A DNA stretch of 64,000 bases from Phaeosaccion multiseriatum (lineage: Eukaryota > Protista > Ochrophyta, other classes), in contig OZ218965.1 of assembly GCA_965112735.1 (NCBI GenBank), forward strand, positions 992,001-1,056,000, read 5' to 3'. The notes beneath the pieces were generated by a model, which saw nothing but the letters and a program-made list of their open reading frames with translations, was not told the origin of the DNA and did not search any database. A program made the translations under genes and the position numbers. Shown piece after piece: positions 34,503-44,542 of the stretch (its first letter is position 1; each line of letters starts with the position of its first letter).

Positions 34503-35993
34503 CCGCCACCACCACCACCACCAACAGGCGGCTCGGCGGTAACAGCAGCAGCTGCCGCAGGTGGTGGTAGAATTAGAGTTTCCTCCTCCAGCTCCACCGG
34601 ATCGGGTGATATGTGTAGAACGGGCTCCTCCTGCTCCTGGTCGGGTTCGGGGTCCGACGGCAACGACGACAGCACATCATCCATGGGAGGGGGAAGCGGC
34701 AGCGGGAGTGGCGGGGAAGGGGGGCTGGAGCGCATGCAGCAAGCCCTGGACACGAGCGGCTTGATCGCGAGGGTGGGGCGGTGGAAGTCCAAGCCGGAGC
34801 GAGGCCGCAGGGGGGAGATATTGACAAGCCACAGGCACAGAGGTACCCCGCGGTCCTTCCCCGAGCTGCGCTACCTCAACCTCAGAGAGAACAAGCTGGC
34901 CAACAGCCCGGATGCCGAGGATTCGCTGGTGCTTCTCCTCAAGCACTGTCCAGCCTTGGAGGAAGTAGACCTCTGTGAGAACAACTTTGACAACGCCACG
35001 CTGCTGCGCTTTGCCGAGACGCTGGCCTTCTACTGCCCGAGTGTGAGAACGGTTCTGCTGGGCGGAAGGGTCCTGGGTCGGTCCAATGCGATGGGTCTGG
35101 TGGCTGCGATTCGCGTCTTGTCTTTCATGAGCAGCCATGGGCAGGGGAGTGGGTTTGGTGACAGCAGCTTTAGCGGCGGGAGCAGCCTGAGCGATAGTCG
35201 CAGCAGCGACAGCCAAAGTGACTTTAGTCGCAGTGGCAGTATCAGCAGCAGCGAGAGCAGCGGCAACGGCCACGGCCACGGCAAGGGCGGGGAGGCGAAG
35301 AGCTCAAGGAGCCGCCATCGTAGCGGCGGCCACCACCACCACCACCACCGCAAGAGAAGCAGCAGGAGCGACAAGCGTGGCAGCCGACTGACCAGCAGCG
35401 GCAGCGGCAGCGGTAGCAGCAGCGGCAGCGGCAGCGGTAGCGGCGGTGATAGCAGCAACAAGAAGAGCAAGAGTCACCACCACAAGCCCACCCAGACCCA
35501 GGCAGGTGGGGGTCGAGGAGGCGGCTGCATTAACAGCAGCTGCACCATGAGCGGCTGCAGCAGCAGCAGCAGTATTAGCAGTAGCAGCAGCGCAATGTCC
35601 GACGGCGGCGGTAGCCATTGGCCTCAGCACATTTCGGACGTCTTTCGCCGGAGCAACAGCAGCAACGGCAGCAGCAATGGTAGCAGCAGCTGCGACGGTG
35701 GCTTCACCAGCAATGGCACCAGCGGCAGTGACAAGACGTGTGAGAACAACGGCAGCAATGGTGCTCGCAGTCCTGATGGCGCCACGGGCGGTACCGGCAG
35801 CAGCAGCATCAGCGACAGCGTCGGCAGCAGCGGTAGCCGCAGTAACAGTAGCCGCCGCAAGGGCAGTCGCATCAAGAGCAGCAAGAAGGGCAAGTCGAGC
35901 AAGTCGCAGTCCGAGAGTGGCGTCTTTGCCAAACCCGTCGGGACTTCGCAAAGAAGCTTCGTCCAGCACATGTACGGAGGAGGAGGAGCAGCA

Positions 35994-36039
<46 letters not shown>

Positions 36040-36428
36040 CGGGGGGGTTGGGGGCAATGGTGGGCACTGATCTGAGCTCTGCTCCGAGCCCCAAGGAGGT
36101 GACGGATGTTCGGTGCGGCATGACGGCAGCAGCGAGCTCAGCGGCCGTTACAAACGCATTCACTCCGCCCCTCATGATGGCTGCGGGCAAAGCATCATCA
36201 CCACCTTCCTCCCCTCCGTCTTCGTCTTCGTCGGCAGCCATTGGACGACGCACTCGCCCGCGGCAGGGCATCGATGGGGAGGAGAAGTGGGCGCGTGAGC
36301 GCAAGAGGCAGAAGCAAGGGCCACAGAGCGCTGAGCAGGCGCCGAGCGCCGACCAAGCGGCCAGTGCGGCGCGTGAGCATTACGACCTACACGCTGCTGA
36401 GACTTCCCAGCAATTGCCCAAGTCGTAG
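31695..36428 (+). CDS. 1577-aa single-exon RNI-like leucine-rich-repeat protein with F-box-like motif and low-complexity tracts
   Basis: Uninterrupted ORF; LDLVNQAASFLVTRDVMRLASTCKVL (F-box-like); LRRs LEELDIQDD, LHTLELS, LEEISLVNCVLDDDSL, LRYLNLRENKL, LEEVDLCENNFD; polyQ and S/G-rich tracts. Confidence 0.75.
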
Positions 36429-37183
36429 ATGGCAGCCGACGGCAACTATGGTCCGCAGGGCAATGGCGGAGGGGTGCGCTGGTTGATCGATTGATTGATT
36501 CGTTCATTGGCTGCTTGACTGAGTTTCTGGAGACCCTCGATTTGATTATCGGAGGGCCGGGCGGGGGGCGTAGTGTATATTGATAGATTGATAGTGTATG
36601 GGTCAATTTCGGAGGTGGTGCAGCAGGGGGAGGGGGAATAGAATCAAAAGGGAAGATGGTCCTGCAATATATGTAAAGATCGGGAGGGGGAATGCGAGAG
36701 CACGTCCCCGAGAGAAATGACAGGCACTGACCAAATGCCCTCATCACATAAATCAAACTTTTTTTTTTGTGTTTCATCGAAAGCGTCGTGTTGTTCTCCT
36801 TCACTCGGAATGTGAGTAGCTATGGCCCGACGGACACAATAGCACTCACAGATTGAGATTGAAATGTATGACCAACTCTCCCCCTTCCACCATGCGCTCC
36901 ACCGCACTCTCTCAGTGTTACCTGTGTTTTTGTCCCTTTTGGAAGTTGGCATCTCCACTTGTGTTCACTCTCATAGCTCGCTCGTTGCCTCTACGAGCAA
37001 AAACATGGAGGGATGCGAGCTTCTTAAAGGGACACTAACAGGGACAACAAGAGAGAGAGAGGGAAATTCCCATCTGCGTCCCGACACTCCGGCGGCATCG
37101 ACCAAGCGCCGGACGAACATCTTTCCTCCACCCTCTTTCTCTTCCTCTCTCTCTGTGTGTAGTTGCTTGTTTGTTATCAAGTA

Positions 37184-39331
37184 TCAAGTGAAGGTACCGA
37201 AGGGAGTGGAGCCTGACGCCGCACCGTCCACGGGTGGTGGCGGTTGCTGGTCAGAGCCCTTGCTATACGAATGCCCTTGGAGCTGAGCCGCGATGTACAG
37301 CAGCGCAGTGAGCAGCATCAGCAAACCGCTGAGAATCTGACCCCGAGACGACAAACGGTGGACAAAGGGGAATGGAAAGGCGGGGAAAAAAGCGTTGTTT
37401 GTAAGTCATCGTGAACGAAAAGAAAGCTCGTGCGTACGTGCGTGTGTGCGTGTGCGTGTGTGCGTGTGCGTGCGTGCGTCGCCCTCCGTCACCTTCGGCC
37501 TTTCCAGATCACTAAACACGAGAATGGTGGTACTAAGTACCATGACTTCTGCTTTCTAGAGCCTTGCGACTGTGCACTGTGCACTGTGCACGCACGCACG
37601 CACGCACGCGCACCCACCTACCTACCTACGTACGGCCCTACCTACCCACCTACCTACGGACCTCCCTACCCACTCTACCTACCTACCCACCTTTGTACCT
37701 CCCTACCTCCCCATCTCCCTCCCTCTCTCCCTCCCTCCACCCCTCTCTCCCTCCCTCCCCACCTCCCTTCCTCTCTCCCCCCAACTCCTCTCTCCCTCCC
37801 TGCCTGCCTGCCCCCCCGCCCCTCTCTCCCTCCCTCCCTCCCTCCCTGCCTGCTCCCTCCCTCCCTCCCTACCTACCTACCTACCTCCCTCCCTCCCTCC
37901 CTCCCTCCCTCCCTCCCTCCCTCCTCCCTCCCTCTACCTACCTGCAAGGTCGCCTCCGTAAAGGTGAAAATGGACAGCGCGACGAAGACCACCGCCCTAA
38001 CAGCAGGCGCGCTGAGATACAACTTGTCCAGCATCACATCGTACGCCTGGAGAGGCACGAGGAGCGACAAGTAAGAGGAAAGGAAGGACGGGAGAGTTTG
38101 CGACTTGAGTTTGAGTTTATGGACCTTGGGCCGGGTGCATAAAACATCGAGGAAAGATACTTTAGATAGTGGTTTTGGTTAAGGTCTAATGAACAGAAGA
38201 GAGGAGAAGAGGGGAGGGGAGGGCAGAGGGCAGCCCCATGGCTTGTTTGCTGAGGGGGGTGGAGGTCGGGGTGGTGAGGGTGAAGGAGGGGAAGAGCGAC
38301 TAAGAACTGCCCACCAAAGCAAACCACCGAACAAAGGGGTCAAGAGTCTCCGTGCCGGCACATTCGTTGCGTGTGTACGATTCATATTCTTCTCCTTCTC
38401 GTTAGCCACAAGTCTCACCAGCCCCTGCTGCTGCTCCTTCCCACACAGCACTTCATCACTCTCCCCCGGCCACAGCAAGGACAACTGTACCAATACACAT
38501 ATTACCAAGTCATCTTGCCTGTCTGCAGCCGGGAAAGAGGGCGTAGAGGTTGGGTAGCTCGAAGGTGGCGAGCAGGAGGGCTACGAAGATAACGTAGACT
38601 GAGATCCAGGGGGCAAAGAAGAGACCCAAGATGCCCAGTCCGAGCACACACACGGTGCATCTGTGGGGGGGGGGGGTGGGAGGGTCATGGCAAGGGGAGT
38701 TTCAAGTTCAGTTTAGGAGAGTACCGCCGAATGTACAATGGTACCGGTGCCAATCAAGAGAGGAGAGAGATCGAATGCTTCTGTGGTAATCAAGAGAGGG
38801 GAGAGATCGAATGCTTCCGTGGCCTGCAAGCTTCCAAGCTATTGTGCGTTGCTCTGCACCGTAGTATCCGATGCTGCGACGTGCCGTGGGGGGCTGCTGC
38901 ACCCTTTCCTCAAGGGCCTGCTCCCACCGACCGACGGAACATCCGAGTACCAGACGAATTGTGTTTTAATAGCTAGCTTTTCCTTCTCGTTCACTTACGC
39001 CATGCCTGCCTTGTGAGCGATAGGTCCGAAGTCATGGCCCTGCAAGTAGGGGCAAGAAGGAAACGGGAAAAAGATAGGAGTGGAGGAAGAGCGGAAGGAA
39101 GGGCGCTTAGGTGGTATGGGAGAAGGGGAGGCACCACGAGTTTGCCAGTAGTTGGGTTGGCTATGAGGAGGTAAAGGAAAAGCTGCAGGCATCCAAACCC
39201 TCTTGCATAATATGAGGGAGCGGGGTACAGCCGCAACCGCTAGACAGCCCAGGCGGATGAGACTAGGAATGCAAAAATGAGGAGGAGAAGTCTTGCTCAC
39301 TTACCCCAAACGACGTGCCGAAGCTACTCAT
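37184..39331 (-). CDS. TVP18/Flower-like Golgi membrane protein (5 exons, one GC-AG intron)
   Basis: MSSFGTSFG|GHDFGPIAHKAGMA|CTVCVLGLGILGLFFAPWISVYVIFVALLLATFELPNLYALFPGCRQ|AYDVMLDKLYLSAPAVRAVVFVALSIFTFTEATLQ|ILSGLLMLLTALLYIAAQLQG...FGTFT*; four hydrophobic segments with E-x-P and R-A motifs. Confidence 0.7.
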
Positions 39332-39841
39332 AGCCACGCGATGTGTAGCTCAGCAGCTCACCCCTCCGTCCTTCGCATAGAGAACCGCGCCAACAGAGCA
39401 GGGAGGGAACAACGGGAACACAAAAGACAAGACACTAGAACGCAGAGGCAGTACTATTGCAGACGCAGCAGTAGCAGCAGCAGACAGTAAAGACAAGAAT
39501 AGAAGACAGGAGAGGGGAAGATAAGAGAGGACAAAAGGCAGAGAGCGTGTACGTATATCTGTCATGCCCTCCTTGGGCGCAAAGTCGCCCCATTGACTTA
39601 CGACGCAGCTTTTGGGGGGGGGGGGGGGGGTGAAAAAGCAACCCCTGATCACCCTGATACACTATCGCCCACATTCTCGATAGCGGATAGCGGATAGTGT
39701 ATCAGGGGTTGAAGAGGAAGAAGGAAAGATTTGAGAGATAATTCCTGGCGCCGGCGATAGCAGATAGCATGCCGGCTGGCGCGGCGATGCAGATAGCACA
39801 TCAGCACATCGAAAAAGAAGATCAAATAAAAATGTACACAA

Positions 39842-42503
39842 TTAGACAATGGGGAAGACGTGATGTTTGGCCACGAAGTCGAGCAGCTCCCTCAGGCCCA
39901 GCACCGAGTGGGCCCGCATCGCGGCTCGGAAACCGTCCCCGTACACGAGAGATTGGTCCGTCTCGATCTGAGAAAAGACGGTGTGCGTGGGTGCGTGCGT
40001 GCGTGTATGCAGGAGTCCATGTCAGTGGCAGCAGCCCGCGAGCCAGCAGTTCAGTGCGTGCTTCGCACGACACCCTCCCCATCCGCCCAACCAAACCTAC
40101 GGTAGTACTCCGCCTCCATCCTCGACAATTGACATGTCCTCGCCCTCCTCCTCCCTCCCATTCGTCCCTTCGATGTACACACCCAACCTACCCGTCGATA
40201 CCCGCTCACCTGATACAGAAAGAAGCTCCTCAATTCTTCGTCCGACGGGGTCACTGAGAGTGCCGAAGAGGTGGTTTCCGACTGGGTTCTGGGTTGGTCG
40301 AAGTGCGAGCCTCCTCTCCCTGCCGCTGCTCCCGCTGCTCCTCCTGCTGCCCCCGGTATGGAGGGATTAGAGGCATCCGCCTGTCTCTTTTGCAGCCACA
40401 GATGAGCGATGAGCTGACACAGGCCTTCCTCCACTTGGTCCGGCAGATCAGCCGGAGCTTGGGGGTTTAGCCTGCGGTTTGATGATGAACAAAGAAAGAC
40501 AGTCAGGCAGAGGCGACAAGGACGAGAAGGAGAGCAACAGCGCATCGAAGGGGTAAGCCAGGAAAACTGAACTCCCCTCTCTCCATCCCATCTGTATCAC
40601 CAACTCCCCCTTACTTGATCCATGCGTGCATCGCCTCATGTGCGAGGATGGAGCCGCATAAATCCCTGGGCAAACCGTGCAGCACGAGGATGGCAGTTAC
40701 TGCCCGGGTCTCATGCAGAAACCGCTGTGGCAGGCACACACAGCATACACACACACAAAGTCATCAGCATCGTCATGGAAGAGGGAGGGAGGGAGGGAGG
40801 GAGGGTTGGGATCAAACATGCAAGGCACTTCACTCACTCACTTACTCACTCACTCACTCACTCACTCACTCAGTCACTCACTCACTCACTCACCCACTCA
40901 TTCATTCACTCAGTCACTCACTCACTCAGTCACTCACTCACCCACCCACTCACTCAGTCAGTCACTCACTCACCCACTCACTCATTCACTCACTCAGTCA
41001 CTCACTCACTCATTCACTCACTCATTCACTCACTCACTCACTCACTCACTCACTCACTCACTCACTCACTCACTCACTCAGTCACTCACTCACCCACTCA
41101 CTCATTCACTCACTCAGTCACTCACTCACTCATTCACTCACTCATTCACTCACTCACTCATTCACTCACTCACTCACTCACTCATCCACTCCCTCACTCA
41201 CTCACTCCCTCACTCACTCACTCACTCACTCACTCACTCACTCACTCACTCCCTCACTCACTCACTCACTCACTCACTCACTCACTCACTCAGTCACTCA
41301 GTCACTCTCACTCACTCACTCACTCACTCACTCACTCACCACTTTGGGGGCCGAGAAGGAGAATTTGCCCGTCCGTCTGTCGAATCGCACCCCTCCTGAG
41401 TCGAAGTGGCTGACTTTGCCGACCTCGGACAGGCAAAGGCCTCGGGTCATGGAGGAGGCCGGACCGCCTTCTTGCCTCTCTCCAATGTGTCTGTCACCAT
41501 CGAGAGCGCGAGTCGAATCACAGAGAGCCACAAGACAAAGACAACTCTTCTTCTTTCCTCCCCTCCTCCCGCCTCCCCTTCCCTCCACCCTCCACCCCGC
41601 CGTTTCCTACCCCCGTTTAGCGAGTATGCCTTGCCCTTCACCCTCCTTCCTCCCTGTACCTGTCAGTCTGCCTCTCGTTTAGAGTGGGCATCTCCACCAG
41701 CAGAACGGGTATGTCCCACATATCTGCTGGCACCGATAGGCCCAGCGTCTCGTCGAAGAAGTGAAGGATGTCCTTGTACACAGGCGCCGCCTCCGCACTG
41801 TCAAGCACTGCCGATCTCACGCAGGCCAGGCAGGTCACTCTTTGGGCGGGGGTACAGATTGAGGGGCGGGAGGGTGGGGGTGGTACAGATGAGGGCAAGT
41901 GGAGCTCCAGGACACTACAGTGCAGGGTATGCGCGTCACAATGTTCACCTTTGAAATTGAGTTTGAAAGGAAGGAGGCGATATGTATGGAGAGAAATATG
42001 AACTCAGTCGAGTCGAGTCCAATCGGGCCACTCACTCACTCGCCTCTCTCTTTCTCTCACTCTCTCTCTCTCTCATAATATATATATATATAATTTATGT
42101 GCTATAAGTATTATATATATATACATATATCTCACCGTCCATCCGCGAGAGGCGACAACAGCTCGGCCCCTTTCCCTTCCCGCTCGAGCCGGTAGCAACT
42201 GTGGCAACGCTTGCTCCTATCCTGGTGGGAGGGGCAGTACCGCTCCTCCTCGAAGAAATTGTGGCGAAAGAAGCGGTACGTCGACCCCTATTGGTTTTTT
42301 GTGTATGGGTGGTGGGGAAGGGGCGGAACAAAGCCGAGAGCAAAGGTGGGGCATATGAATACGTAGGCGAAAGGGGCTGAGCCGAAGGGCGTACGCCGCG
42401 ATCCGACAGCGATCCGACAGCGTTCCACCATCATCTCAGCACTACACCCATACACACTTTCAGTTTCTTAGGAACCTCATATACACCCATAGTACACAAT
42501 CTC

Positions 42504-42542
<39 letters not shown>

Positions 42543-43617
42543 GCAACAGGGCCAGAATCAAGAGCCCAAAGATTTCAATGAATCAACCAACCAATCAACA
42601 ACAATAGCTCAATGAGTAAGGCGCGCAGAAGGATAACACACGTGTTGCCCATCCTCCCCCGCCCCTACCCCTGCCCCCCGTGCCAATCAATCCCTGTGCC
42701 AACCCTACACAACCCAACCCAAGCCAACCCAAGCCAACCCACCTCTCTCGGGAGCTCGCCTCTACATACCACGCACGTGGGCACGTCTCGGGTAGATATC
42801 GAGCCGCCGCCGCGACCCCACCCTCCTCTGTTGCGCGGTCTTGCCCGCCCCGCAGCCCCCCCTGCATCTCCCCTCCCGCTGCTTTTGGCATCCGCCTCAT
42901 CTGCCTGTGCGTGTGTGTGAGTGAATGAGGGAGTGAGCGAGCGCGTGGGTGAGTGGGTGAGGAGTGGGTGAGTGGGTACGAGGGTGAGTGAGTGAGTGAG
43001 TGAGTGAGAGAGTGAGTGAGTGACTATCGACATAAAAGAGCGAACTTACTCTGTAGATAAATCGGAAACAGAAAAAAGGGAATTAGCAGTGCGGGGGGCA
43101 CCACTTACCTCTGCCAGTCTACGTGCAAGCTCTGCGTCACCGTCAGGAGGGCAGGGAGGAAGGCGTTGCTGGTGTAGGAGAGATTCCTCCGACCACTGAC
43201 GCTTCAGCTTCCGAGCCTGAGAAGGCAGGGCAAGAGACGACCGACAACTTCACGTGTAAGACAATGCACAACAGCTCAGAGGTATCCCAGCTGTGGCTTG
43301 ACCTTGCTACCACTGACCATTTCTTCATCAGTCCACTCTCTCTCGAGCCGCCTGGCCAGCTCGGCATCGTCTTCTGCAGCTGCTGCCGCCGCCGCCACCG
43401 CCGCCGCAGCTGCTGCTGCTGACGATACTCCTCTTCCTCCTCCTCCTCCTCCTCCTCCTCCTCCTCCTCCTGCTCCTCCTTCCCCCGCAAGCGAAGACGC
43501 AAAGCGCCCCTCCCCACTGCTGGGCGTACCACCCCCAGCGCCTGCCCCTGAGCCCGCTCGCGTTGCCGGCCTCGGAAGTACGTCGTCCTGCCTTTTTTCA
43601 ATTTTTGTATCCTTCGG
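39842..43617 (-). CDS. DA1: DA1-like ubiquitin-activated zinc peptidase (ubiquitin-binding helices, LIM-like domain, HExxH peptidase); start unresolved
   Basis: CVVC...[14 protein letters not shown]...CHSC...DGRVTCLAC; TRGLCLSE; [28 protein letters not shown]; [14 protein letters not shown]; [16 protein letters not shown]; two DAELARRL motifs. Confidence 0.9.
40829..41339. repeat. ~500-bp (ACTC)n/(GTGA)n microsatellite beginning at a DA1 intron donor
   Basis: Direct inspection. Confidence 0.95.
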
Positions 43618-43778
43618 CTACAGCCGCACAATGCGTGATGGAAAGCGCAGCGCTTTCAATTTCATGAAGGACCGCTCGTGGTCATTTGAACCAATACCGT
43701 GTTTGCGGCCCGTGGGATGGAGGGGGAAGCATGAGGTTGTAGTCGGAGGGGGCGCCCCAACGACGAACAGGCCTTCCA

Positions 43779-44542
43779 ATGCTCTCCGATGACGAGCACA
43801 GGCAGCAGCGCCGTCGTGAAGAGGAGCTCGAGCAGGAGCAGTTGGACAGAGCCATCGCGGCAAGCTTAGCGCCGGGTGAGAATGAAGGACGAGGTGTATG
43901 GAAGGAGAAGGAGAGCGACCCCTTCTGGTCTCAGGACCGGGCATTCTTTACGAACCGCCTCAGCACAGTAAGTCATTAGATTTTTTTCCTCCCGCCTGGC
44001 ACGATGGGACTGACGCGAAACGGTCTGGTCAGGACCCGTTGGTGATCAGCGGGAGAAGCTCGTCCTTGAAGGTGAGCGTACTGCGGCCCTCGCTCACCTT
44101 CTAGGACGAAATTCTCACCCTCATCACCAACGGGTGCGACCTTCTACCGCGCCTGGACATGCAGCAAGCGGACCCCCCCAAGCAGTGGCGACAGCAGGCG
44201 AACCACGGAGCAGCGGCACCAGCACTATATCACGAACACCTGGTCAGCCCATCAGCCGCTGACGCACAGGTGTCTTTGTGTCCACCTTTGGAAACAGGAA
44301 ACAGGCCGCGGTTGCTCATTCCCACCGCCTTTGAGTTGGGACGCCCCCCCCAAGGGATGGTGGGAGCCCCCTCGATGGTGGAGGGCCGTCTATCCGCCTG
44401 TCCTCTCTCGGGGGGCCATCTCGTCTCTCTCCTCTCCCGCCCGCAAATGATCTCTCCTCTCTCTCTCCCCTCCACCCCGAATCTCCCCCTCGCCCTCGCC
44501 CTCCCCCTGCCCCTCCCCTCCCTCCTCCCACAACTCCTCTAG
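43779..44542 (+). CDS. Putative UIM-containing protein (exons 43779-43967 and 44105-44542), overlapping the mTERF 3' exon antisense
   Basis: EEELEQEQLDRAIAASL fits the UIM consensus; GTAAGT donor and CTCAC...TCTAG acceptor join in phase 0. Confidence 0.45.

Noticed and set aside
38752-38823. 36-bp tandem duplication in a TVP18-like intron (also a ~59-bp one near 22575-22690)
   Set aside because: Ordinary local duplications without TIRs or other copies in the window
40615-41682. Long ORFs rich in SLTH/THSL
   Set aside because: These are translations of the intronic (ACTC)n microsatellite
43618-43944. Stop-codon read-through joining this ORF to the DA1 N-terminus
   Set aside because: The TAG is more simply a splice acceptor (CTGTAG), and the upstream peptide has no recognisable features
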